From Gammaproteobacteria bacterium (GTDB lineage Bacteria > Pseudomonadota > Gammaproteobacteria > CBDBNL01 > JAAOII01): a stretch of 64,000 nucleotides of DNA. The notes below the pieces were generated by a model, which was not told the origin of the DNA, did not search any database, and was given only the letters and a program-made list of their open reading frames with translations. Positions 20,558 through 29,536 of the stretch are shown piece by piece. The translations under genes were made by a program, and so were the position numbers. The DNA is taken from NCBI GenBank assembly GCA_965209035.1, contig OZ242372.1:2048001-2112000 (forward strand). The letters run 5' to 3'. The first letter of the stretch is position 1. Each line of letters starts with the position of its first letter.

Positions 20558-21469
20558 TCACTCCTTGGCGGGTTTATTTTTGGCCGGGTTGTATTTGTCT
20601 ATTTCCTTAATAACCCAATTGTTTTCTTTAAAAAATTTGTTGCGGGCATACAGGCGCGCCAGAAAACGCAGATTGGTTAAGGAACCGATTTCTTCTATCA
20701 TTGACGCAAGATCTTCTTTCTCGGAGATGTTTGCTTCCACAAAAGAAAAAATTTCTTCTTGAATCTTGTAAAGATCCCCCGTATGCTTTTTGGATAGGTT
20801 GAGCGCATGCAATTTCTTATTCCATTCTTCCCAACGGCCGTCAACATATTTTTTAATGCCACTTTCCTCCAATGTTTCCCGACCAAGAGCTGTCATATCG
20901 AGAGGAGAATGCTCCGCGGCAATTAGTACTTGCATGGCAGCACCTTTCTTATTCAAAAGCATCAACTTCAAAGTTTTGACAACAACATCCAATTCAGTTC
21001 TGACTCCCGTAATCTCCTCTCTGACTCCCGCAATATCCCCTTTTAGTTCAGTTCTGACTCCCGCAATATCCCCTTTTAATTCAGTTCTGACTCCCGCAAT
21101 ATCCCCTTTTAGTTCAGTTCTGACTCCCGTAATCTCCTCTTTTACTTCCTCTATATTAACTTCTATTTTTTGATTTGTTTTTGCCACAGCCAGGTATAAC
21201 GAAGCTATGGCATATTCGCAGACCAGGCCAAGGATCATCACAAAGAAGCCGAGCAGAAAAAGAATAAACCAACTGCCTTCCGGTATCAACTTGTATGCAA
21301 GGGCGGCATCGTAAAGGGTAAGAGTAGAAAATGCCGTAAATACAAGCAGCCCAATTGCACATAGGATGTATGTCCAAACGCTAACCTTTACTTCCGGCAG
21401 ACGTCCGGTATTGTATTTCCCCGCCGATTTTTCTGCGACTGTGTTACAGTCCATATCCTCCTTTGTCAT
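20558..21469 (-). CDS. Hypothetical coiled-coil membrane protein, copy 3, 303 aa from MTKEDMD
   Basis: Copy 1 plus 18 aa (11+7); has its own non-IS upstream region directly after bamA; upstream ATGs at 21484 and 21496 are possible. Confidence 0.8.
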   Translation of the reverse strand: MTKEDMDCNTVAEKSAGKYNTGRLPEVKVSVWTYILCAIGLLVFTAFSTLTLYDAALAYKLIPEGSWFILFLLGFFVMILGLVCEYAIASLYLAVAKTNQKIEVNIEEVKEEITGVRTELKGDIAGVRTELKGDIAGVRTELKGDIAGVREEITGVRTELDVVVKTLKLMLLNKKGAAMQVLIAAEHSPLDMTALGRETLEESGIKKYVDGRWEEWNKKLHALNLSKKHTGDLYKIQEEIFSFVEANISEKEDLASMIEEIGSLTNLRFLARLYARNKFFKENNWVIKEIDKYNPAKNKPAKE

Positions 21470-21605
21470 TTTTCTAAATTTCATAAAATAACTCATAGCC
21501 TGTAAGAATTATAACATCTCTTGCCGTATTTTTTATGCAATTGCCATATTTTTATGTGCCAATACAAAAAGTGATACCGGGGAAGTAGTAACCACAAAGA
21601 AAATT

Positions 21606-23984
21606 CTAAAAAACGCTTCCCAGAGTGAACTGGAAGTCGTCCGTTATGTCGCCTTCCTTGGGATTGATGGGGCGGGCAAAGACAAAAGTCAAAGGCACGA
21701 ATTGAATTTGCCAGCGCAAAGAAAAACCATAAGATTGCCGCAGTTGGTTGTAGGCAATCGGAATTTCACAATGAGGCACCTCGTAAATACAGCGGGTGTT
21801 GAATACATTGCCGGCATCCCAAAATAAACTGGTGCGCAATCCTGTGGCGTCGCTGGTCAGTCGCGGGATCGGGAAGATCAATTCCATATTCACAATGGTT
21901 CTGAGATTACCGCCCTGGCTTCTAAGTGAGGGGGATCCGCCCGAAAGCGTCGCTCTGGGACCGAGTGAGTTGACGCCATAGCCGCGCACAGTGCCGATGC
22001 CACCGGCATAATAGTGTTCGTAAAAGGGAATCGCTTCCCGTGTATTTAGATTATCCAGGTAGGAAACTCGGGTTCCCAAAAAGAAGATTAATTCTTTGAT
22101 TTCCCGGTGCAGTCTCAAAAAAGTTTGTTGCCGCATGCTTGCCTGATAGTATGGCGAGCGCTCGCGCTCTTTTTCTTGTTCGGTGGGTACTTTGAGATTT
22201 AAACGCAAGGAGACACTGTTACCGGATGTCGGCTTAAACCCGCTGTCCAGATTGTTGTAAGAATATCCGGTTGAAATGCCAACATCATTGTATCTTGTGC
22301 CATAGGTATCCGTATAGTTGACCACTTCTTGGGACGGACCGCTGCCCAACCCGACATTAATAGCATCAAAATCAAAGCCATAACTCACCCGCTCATATTC
22401 GGATACGGGGTATCCGAAGTCAACACCTAGGGCGGAGCTTTGAATTCCATAACTGCCAAGACTTGCTTGGTTAAAGTCCAGGTTGCGCAATCTGAGAAAA
22501 TAAGAGGCACTAACGCCGTTAGGGGTGACGAACGGCTGTGTGTAAGAAACGGAGAAAAGTTGACGGACATTACTGTAACTTATCGAAGTGGTCAGGCTGT
22601 TGCCGCTGCCAAATAGGTTGCGATCCGAAAAATCCAAAGTCAGTGAAACCCCGGTGAGGTCGTTATATACCAGGCCGCCGGAAATGCTGCCGGAAGGGGC
22701 TTCGGTCACCGTGAAGATTAAATCCACCCGGTCGGATCTTCCCGGCACGGCACGGGTCGTCACTTCGGCATTCTGTAAGTAGGGCAGTCTTCTCAATCGG
22801 GACAAAGACAAGGAAATTAACTCCGAAGAATAGTGGGCACCCTCCAACTGCGGCAAGACGCGACGCAAACGGGTATGCTTGCTCTTCTTGTTGCCGACAA
22901 AGCGAATATGACGGACATAGGTTTTTTCACCCGGGCGCACATACAGGGTGATGTTGATTTTACCGTTAACTTCGTCAAATTGGTAGGACGGGTTGACTCG
23001 GGCAAGTCCGTAGCCTTCGTTGCCAAGGGTGCGAGTTATGGCGCGGGTGCTCTCCGTAATCTTGCGCTGGCTAAAAATTTCGTCCGTCCGAAAGGCCAGT
23101 TGGGAGACTAATTGTTCTTCCGGTAGGATCAGATTACCGGCAATACGAACATTGCCGATTTTGTATCTTTTTCCTTCCATGATATAAATGCCAATATTAA
23201 TGAATTTTTTATTGTTGTCAATACTGACCACTGTATCTTCTATGCGGACCCGCGCGAATCCGGCATCCAGATAGTGGTTGCGCATGGTCTCCAGATCTGC
23301 CAGCAGGGACTGACGCGAATACTGGGTTTTTCGCGAATTTCCGTTCCAGTTTGTTCGTTGTTTGAGCAAGAGAAGATCAAGCAGTTGTCGTTCCCGAAAA
23401 AATTGATTGCCGAGGATGTTAATTTGAGATATTTGTGTCGGCTTGCCCTCGTCAATGTTGATTAAAATTTCAATTCGGTTACCGTCCAATTCGCTGACTT
23501 CGCTTTCAATGCTTGCTCCGTATCTGCCTTGTTCGGCGTAAAGTGCCTTGAGTTCTTGTAGGATGAGTTCAAAGCGTCCGTAGGGAAAAATGCGTCCCAC
23601 CTCTACGCCATTTTGTTTCATTGCGTCTTCCAAGTTTTCCGTTTTTATGAGTTTGTTCCCTTTAATCTCAAGAGCGGATACGGCGGGATGCTCTTCCACC
23701 CGAATGATCAGCGTGTTGTTGCTGCGCAGTATTTTGACATCCTGAAAATAGCCGGTCGCATAGATGTTTTTAATCGCATCTGCGACGGACTGTGCGCCGG
23801 CCAGCCGACCGCTGCGCAAGTCGGTGACACTCAGCACTCGGGCCAGGGTGACTCTTTGCAGTCCTTCTACCTTGAGTTCGGCGGGGACAAACAGTTCTTC
23901 GGCATGCGCCAAAAATGAAAAAGATCCGCAGAGAATGAAGGGAACAAAAAGGCGAACAATAAATATCTGACGGATGTGTCTCAT
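21606..23984 (-). CDS. bamA: Outer membrane protein assembly factor BamA
   Basis: Signal peptide, POTRA repeats (VEGLQRV, YATGYF.DV), GG..TVRGY motif, C-terminal FQFTLGSVF. Confidence 0.95.
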   Translation of the reverse strand: MRHIRQIFIVRLFVPFILCGSFSFLAHAEELFVPAELKVEGLQRVTLARVLSVTDLRSGRLAGAQSVADAIKNIYATGYFQDVKILRSNNTLIIRVEEHPAVSALEIKGNKLIKTENLEDAMKQNGVEVGRIFPYGRFELILQELKALYAEQGRYGASIESEVSELDGNRIEILINIDEGKPTQISQINILGNQFFRERQLLDLLLLKQRTNWNGNSRKTQYSRQSLLADLETMRNHYLDAGFARVRIEDTVVSIDNNKKFINIGIYIMEGKRYKIGNVRIAGNLILPEEQLVSQLAFRTDEIFSQRKITESTRAITRTLGNEGYGLARVNPSYQFDEVNGKINITLYVRPGEKTYVRHIRFVGNKKSKHTRLRRVLPQLEGAHYSSELISLSLSRLRRLPYLQNAEVTTRAVPGRSDRVDLIFTVTEAPSGSISGGLVYNDLTGVSLTLDFSDRNLFGSGNSLTTSISYSNVRQLFSVSYTQPFVTPNGVSASYFLRLRNLDFNQASLGSYGIQSSALGVDFGYPVSEYERVSYGFDFDAINVGLGSGPSQEVVNYTDTYGTRYNDVGISTGYSYNNLDSGFKPTSGNSVSLRLNLKVPTEQEKERERSPYYQASMRQQTFLRLHREIKELIFFLGTRVSYLDNLNTREAIPFYEHYYAGGIGTVRGYGVNSLGPRATLSGGSPSLRSQGGNLRTIVNMELIFPIPRLTSDATGLRTSLFWDAGNVFNTRCIYEVPHCEIPIAYNQLRQSYGFSLRWQIQFVPLTFVFARPINPKEGDITDDFQFTLGSVF

Positions 23985-25371
23985 AGAAATCGGGTGATAT
24001 CATTGAAAGTCACCAATATGAACAGGGAAATAAAAAATGCCAAACCGATGCGAAAATAATAGGATTGAAATTTCTTTGAAAGAGCTTTGCCGCGCACCAA
24101 TTCAATAACACAAAGAACCAGTTGGCCGCCGTCCAGCATGGGCAGGGGCAAAAGATTAAAGATGAACAGACTGAGGCTGATAAAGCCAAGGATAGACAAA
24201 AAGTTAATCAGTCCCGCGGCCGCCGAGTCGCTGGTGTACTTGACGATGCTGACCGGGCCGGAAAGACTTTTTACACTTAAGGAACCGATGAGAAGTTCGT
24301 AAAAACTGCGCCAGATTAACCGGACCATTTGCCCGGTTTGTACGGATGCCTTTTGCAGTGCCGGGATCAAACCCGCACGACTGACCACGAAATAAGATTC
24401 CAGTTGTGCCGCACTTGGCGGGGTAACGCGCAGACCGACAAAACCGCCCGGCATGCCGTTTTCATTTTCCGCTGTTGTCGGCGTGATGTGAATTGTAATT
24501 TGTTTTCCGCCCCGTTCAATGCTTAGCGAGGTTTCCAATTCGGCCCGTGTTTTGATATATTCGCTGAATTGCCCCCAGGAATTGATGTCGCGCCCGCCGG
24601 CCGCAATAATTTTGTCTCCGGCGAGGATGCCGGCCCGTTCGGCCGGGGTGTCGGGAAGAACCTCCCGGATATGTGCTTCTAATTGCGGTCGCTTCCCCCG
24701 CATGCCGAAGACAGTTTCCGGATCCGAGTTTTCCATGTCCGCCAAACGAACAGTATCCAGTTGCAATAAGACCGTGTTTTCGCGCCCGTGTTCTCTCAAA
24801 ACCCGAAGAGGCACATCCGTGCTTCCGATATCGGCCATTAGATGTGTGATCACTTCTTGCCAGGTTTCCGTTTTTGGCGCCGGACATGCGTGACCCGATC
24901 GTTCGCTTGCAGACTGCCGCCGGCTGCCGGCGTGTTCGGATAGACTTCGCCGATGACCGGCTTGAGCCCCGGCAGTCCGATCATTAAAATGAGAGCATAG
25001 ATCAAATAAGCCAACAGGGCGTTTGTTAGGGGACCGGCTATTAAGATAGCCATGCGAATTAATGGCGAAGATTCCTCGTATAGTCGTCCTTTTTTATTTT
25101 GGGTGGGCGTTGTTGTTACCGCTCCCATTTTCTCTTCTGTTTCTCCTTCCGTTGCAGATGTTTCAAACTGGACATAGCCGCCCAACAAGAGTGCACTGAA
25201 AACAAATTCTGTTTCGCTTTTTGCCTTAAAACGCAATAGCGTCGGTCCGAAACCCAAACTAAAACGCTTGACGCGTATCTTAAACAAAACGGCGGTCAGG
25301 TAGTGACCGAGTTCGTGCATCACAATCAGAAAACTCAAACCGAGAAGGGCAAACAACAGATTGATTAGCAT
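23981..25371 (-). CDS. rseP: RIP metalloprotease RseP, frameshifted into ORFs 24850..25371 and 23981..24853
   Basis: HELGH, GGYV and AGP..N in the N part; PDZ, LSGPV.I and NLLPLPMLDGG in the C part. One extra A in the A5 run (T5 at 24871-24875) joins them as VRRQKTETWQEV. Confidence 0.88.
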
Positions 25372-26555
25372 TTTTTCAAGAACTCCTCGGCGTAACTTTT
25401 ACTTTGTCGGGTTAATGCCAGAATCTCGTCGGCGCAATTCGGCAGAGTGTGACCGACAAATCGGTCCATCACTTTTTCTATGATTCCGGCCATGCGATCA
25501 AAAGAAATTCTTTTGGCAAGAAAAGCGGAAACGGCCGCTTCGTTGGCGGCATTCATCGCGGCCGGCTGGGCGCCTCTTTCCCGGGCGGCACGGCGGGCAA
25601 GTTCCAAAGCGGGAAACTCGTTTGCCGCAACCTCGCGAAAAGTTAACTCGGTTAAACGCAGCGGCTTGGAATTTTCGTATTCCAAATAATGCGGATAAGA
25701 AAGTGCCTGGTGAATCACCGGCTTCATATCCGGCGGACTGAGCTGAGCGATGGCGGATCCATCCGCGAACTCTGTCAGGCAATGTACGATGCTTTGCGGG
25801 TGAATGATGACCCGAATATCCTCTTGCGGCAAACAAAATAAAATACTTGCCTCGATCACCTCCAGTCCTTTGTTCATCATGCTTGCCGAATCCACGGATA
25901 TTTTGGCACCCATATTCCATATCGGATGAGCGAGAGCTTGTTCGGGGGTCACTTTTTTTAATTCTTCGGTACTATAGTTCAAAAAGGGGCCGCCGGATGC
26001 GGTTAAGGTGATGTTCCTCAGCCCAAACTCGTTCCTTGGATCTTCGCCAATGTTATAGGAGGGGGGTAAACAACGCAAAACGGCATTATGTTCGCTATCC
26101 AAAGGGATGATCTGCGTATTCTGTTTGCGTGCGATTTTCATCAGAAGATCCCCCGCACTGACCAGTGATTCTTTGTTTGCCAGTAACAGACGCTTGCCGG
26201 ATTGCAGTGCCGGGAAACAGGCTCGCAGTCCCTCGCCGCCGCTCAGGGCATTGATGACCCAGTCGGTGTTCTCGTCTTCGGCAAGTGTTTCAAGCCCGGC
26301 AGGGCCGCAAAAAATTTGAGGGGTGTGCTCACCGCCGAGAAGTTGTTTTAGTTCATTCACTGCGGCGGGGCTGCCGACCGAAACTTTTTGCGGCTGCCAG
26401 AAGGCACACTGGGCCGCCAGTTTTTTCATCTGTGAACCGGCCGCCAGCGAGGACACCCGAAATTTGTTTTGGTGTGCTTTTTGTTCTCTTAATACTTGCA
26501 AGGTATTTTCGCCCACCGAACCGGTGGACCCGAGAATCGCCAAAGAAATGCTCAT
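25365..26555 (-). CDS. dxr: 1-deoxy-D-xylulose-5-phosphate reductoisomerase
   Basis: LGSTGSVG, LANKESLV, PLDSEH, LTASGGPF, HP.W.MG.KISVDSA.MMNKGLE. Confidence 0.96.
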   Translation of the reverse strand: MSISLAILGSTGSVGENTLQVLREQKAHQNKFRVSSLAAGSQMKKLAAQCAFWQPQKVSVGSPAAVNELKQLLGGEHTPQIFCGPAGLETLAEDENTDWVINALSGGEGLRACFPALQSGKRLLLANKESLVSAGDLLMKIARKQNTQIIPLDSEHNAVLRCLPPSYNIGEDPRNEFGLRNITLTASGGPFLNYSTEELKKVTPEQALAHPIWNMGAKISVDSASMMNKGLEVIEASILFCLPQEDIRVIIHPQSIVHCLTEFADGSAIAQLSPPDMKPVIHQALSYPHYLEYENSKPLRLTELTFREVAANEFPALELARRAARERGAQPAAMNAANEAAVSAFLAKRISFDRMAGIIEKVMDRFVGHTLPNCADEILALTRQSKSYAEEFLKKC

Positions 26556-27397
26556 TGAACGAAAATAAAAAAGGTATAGAATAGAGGAATACCAAACAAC
26601 ATATTATCCATTCTGTCAAACATACCTCCGTGCCCCGGCAACAGATTGCCGCTGTCCTTGACACCGCTCGCTCGTTTTAGCACGCTTTGATAGAGATCGC
26701 CAAATTGTGTTACAAGGGCTATGGGGCAGATCGCCAATATAAACTCTGTTCCCCTGCTTTGGGGCGGCAAGGAATGCGGAGCCAAGACAAGAAACAGCGC
26801 ATAGACGATGTAGCAAAATGCAACACCGCCGAGCAGGCCGGCAACGGTTTTGTTTGGACTAACTTGGGGACACAAGAGTTTTCCGCCAAATGCTTTTCCG
26901 CAAACATACCCGCCGACATCAATCGAACATAACATTAAAAAAAGGAGCAGGGCTAAGTTGGCGGACAGAGATTGAATAAATAGCGCACTGATGTAAAAGA
27001 ACAAAGGTAAGACAAAGAAAATACCCGCGGAGATGAGACGCGACGGAGCATTGGCATTAACAGAGACAGAATCTGTCTTTTGCATTTCGTAGCGCAGAAC
27101 TTCCAAAATGGGTAAAAAAAGACAACCCAATATAAGAGATGCCCAAACAACGGGGTAATCGGCAACGATGTTCGCAGGCAGCCAAAATAGTCCGAATAAC
27201 AAAACAAGAATTAGAAAAACCGGAGTGAGTTCCCCGCCGGGAAACCGGATTCTTAACAGAGATTGCCATTCCAAAGCCACCAAAACCAGAACAAAGATCA
27301 AGAAAAAAGAAAGAAGGAGACCTTTGCCGTATAGGATGATTAGAGAGACCGGGAGCAGTAAGGCAATACCGGTCAAAAGACGCAGGAACAGTTTCAT
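26552..27397 (-). CDS. cdsA: Phosphatidate cytidylyltransferase
   Basis: SPNKT..G, GDL..S..KR..GVKDSG.LLPGHGG.FDR.D; start set at ATG 27397. Confidence 0.92.
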   Translation of the reverse strand: MKLFLRLLTGIALLLPVSLIILYGKGLLLSFFLIFVLVLVALEWQSLLRIRFPGGELTPVFLILVLLFGLFWLPANIVADYPVVWASLILGCLFLPILEVLRYEMQKTDSVSVNANAPSRLISAGIFFVLPLFFYISALFIQSLSANLALLLFLMLCSIDVGGYVCGKAFGGKLLCPQVSPNKTVAGLLGGVAFCYIVYALFLVLAPHSLPPQSRGTEFILAICPIALVTQFGDLYQSVLKRASGVKDSGNLLPGHGGMFDRMDNMLFGIPLFYTFFIFVQ

Positions 27398-27425
27398 TGG
27401 AACAGTTTTGTTGCTTTTCTTATTC

Positions 27426-28145
27426 TTAATGCTTTGAAACACCAAATCTTCGATCTCGGCGAGCAAAAGAGCGAAGGGCATAACGAAAGTGTCGGACATT
27501 AAAATCAGGCCAAAGTTTTTCGGAAAAAAAGAATTCCGTATAAGCCATCTGCCATAAAAAGAAGTTACTAATGCGTTTTTCATCTCCCGTGCGAATACAA
27601 AGATCTATGGCGGGTTGTTCCGCAAGGCACAGATGTGCCGCCATTTCTTTTTCGGAAACCTGTTGCGGCAAGAGTTTTCCGTTTTGAACTTCAAGGGCAA
27701 TTTTTTTACAGGCGCGCACGATGTCCCAGCGACCGCCGTAATTCAAGGCAATATTTAAAGTCAAAGTTTGATTATTGCCGGTCAGTCGCTCGGCGTCTTC
27801 GATCTTGTTGATCAGACTTTTTGGAAATCCGGAGCGGTTGCCAATAAATAGCAGACGGACGGATTGTTTGTGCAAAGCGGAAGTTTCTTTGTCAAGAACC
27901 TCTTCAAACAGAGAGAGAAGTTGTCTGATTTCCCGGGACGGTCTGCTCCAGTTTTCGCTGCTCAGGGCAAACAGAGACAAGGACTTTGTTCCCTGACGAC
28001 AGGACTCCTTGACGACGTTGTGAATGGTTTTTATACCGGCCCTATGACCGTAAATGGGGGTTTTTGATTGTTGTTTCGCCCATCTTCTGTTGCCATCCAT
28101 GATAATGGCAATGTGCTTGGGTTTGCTTGTGACAAAGGATGCCAT
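27426..28145 (-). CDS. uppS: Undecaprenyl diphosphate synthase
   Basis: HIAIIMDGNRRWA, S.ENW.RP, NYGGR, IRT.DE.RISNF.LWQ. Confidence 0.96.
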   Translation of the reverse strand: MASFVTSKPKHIAIIMDGNRRWAKQQSKTPIYGHRAGIKTIHNVVKESCRQGTKSLSLFALSSENWSRPSREIRQLLSLFEEVLDKETSALHKQSVRLLFIGNRSGFPKSLINKIEDAERLTGNNQTLTLNIALNYGGRWDIVRACKKIALEVQNGKLLPQQVSEKEMAAHLCLAEQPAIDLCIRTGDEKRISNFFLWQMAYTEFFFSEKLWPDFNVRHFRYALRSFARRDRRFGVSKH

Positions 28146-28236
28146 TGGAAGCCTAAACTAAGAAAAAGACAGGGAAGGGTAATGTGTTCCGGGTTGACGA
28201 GCAAACATCTCATCGCATCGGTTCGACGGAAGGCGA

Positions 28237-28785
28237 TTAGAAAGAAGCGAGGTCTTCTTCTTTTTGATGCAGCAAGTGATCCGCCCGCTTAATGTATTCT
28301 TCGGTGATCTTGTCCGCTTCATTGCCCATACGTTTCTCATCGTCTTGGCTGGGCTCCAGTTTTTTGATTTTATGCAGCGTATCGCGTCGGACATTACGAA
28401 TGGCAATACGGGCCTGTTCGGCTTCGTTGCGTGCCTGTTTTTGGTAATCTTTGCGTGTTTCTTCCGTCAGCGGAGGAAGAGCGATTAACACCTCGCCTTT
28501 GTCATTGACATTTGGATTTAACCCCAAGGAAGATGCCAACAGGGCTTTTTGCACGGTCTCGGTTTGATTCTTATCCCACGGCGAGATACTCAAAGTGCGG
28601 GCGTCCAAAATTCGGATACTTGCCATTTGATTCAAGGGAGTTGGGTTGCCGTGATAATCGGCTTTGATATCTTCCACCAACGAACTGTGGGCTCTGCCGG
28701 TGCGCAACTTGTTAAAATGTTGATTAAGGACAAGAATGGCGTTATCCATACGCTTCTTCATGTCCGTTTCCAATTGTTTGTCCAT
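28237..28785 (-). CDS. frr: Ribosome recycling factor
   Basis: LRTGRA, LGLNP, PPLTEE.RK, AIRNVRRD; ATG 28785 preferred over TTG 28800. Confidence 0.95.
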   Translation of the reverse strand: MDKQLETDMKKRMDNAILVLNQHFNKLRTGRAHSSLVEDIKADYHGNPTPLNQMASIRILDARTLSISPWDKNQTETVQKALLASSLGLNPNVNDKGEVLIALPPLTEETRKDYQKQARNEAEQARIAIRNVRRDTLHKIKKLEPSQDDEKRMGNEADKITEEYIKRADHLLHQKEEDLASF

Positions 28786-28827
28786 AATTTCTTTTGTCAA
28801 AAATATTTAATCTAAAGTTTGAATTTT

Positions 28828-29535
28828 TTAATCTCGAATAAGTGTTCCCAAACTTTCACTGCGAACAACTTCTTTGAGCGCGCCTTCTTTCATGATACTG
28901 AAAACACGAATCGGCAGGGTATTGTCACGGGCAAGAGCAACTGCGGTAATGTCCATCACTTCCAGTTCCCGGCTAAGCACTTCCGCATAGGCAAGGAGCT
29001 CGTATTTTTTGGCATCGGCATTCTTTTGCGGATCGCGGTTGTAGATGCCGTCCACCTTGGTCCCTTTTAGTAGAATATCCGCTTCTATTTCTATGGCACG
29101 CAAGCAGGCGGCGGTATCCGTTGTGAAGAAAGGATTGCCTGTACCACCGCAATATATGACAACCTCACCGTCTCGCAGATACCGAATGGTGTTAAGCGGG
29201 TTGTGTCTTTCCAGAATGCCTGTGACCGATATGGCGGATACCAGACGACAGCGCACAGATTTCTTTTGCAAGGCATCCCGCAAAGCAATGCCATTGATAA
29301 TGGTTGCCAACATTCCCATCTGGTCGCCCGCCATTTTATTTACCCCGTGTTCTTGCAGTTGCCTTCCCCGAACCAGATTACCGCCGCCGACCACTATGCC
29401 GATTTCTATTTTTTCTTCGGCCAGTTCGGCCAGTTGTTGCGCGATGCTTTCCATCTGCTGTGATTGAAAACCCAGTTTACCGGTTCCCGCAAGAAATTCA
29501 CCGCTAATCTTTAGAAGAATTCTCTTGTAAAGCAC
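28828..29535 (-). CDS. pyrH: UMP kinase
   Basis: YKRILLKISGE, VVGGGN, D.MGMLAT..N, GTGNPFFTTD; GTG start immediately after the tsf stop. Confidence 0.95.
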   Translation of the reverse strand: MLYKRILLKISGEFLAGTGKLGFQSQQMESIAQQLAELAEEKIEIGIVVGGGNLVRGRQLQEHGVNKMAGDQMGMLATIINGIALRDALQKKSVRCRLVSAISVTGILERHNPLNTIRYLRDGEVVIYCGGTGNPFFTTDTAACLRAIEIEADILLKGTKVDGIYNRDPQKNADAKKYELLAYAEVLSRELEVMDITAVALARDNTLPIRVFSIMKEGALKEVVRSESLGTLIRD

Positions 29536-29536
29536 T

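Noticed and set aside
18810-21140. 33-bp repeats as a CRISPR array
   Set aside because: The repeats are contiguous with no unique spacers, lie in frame within coding sequence, and no cas genes are present.
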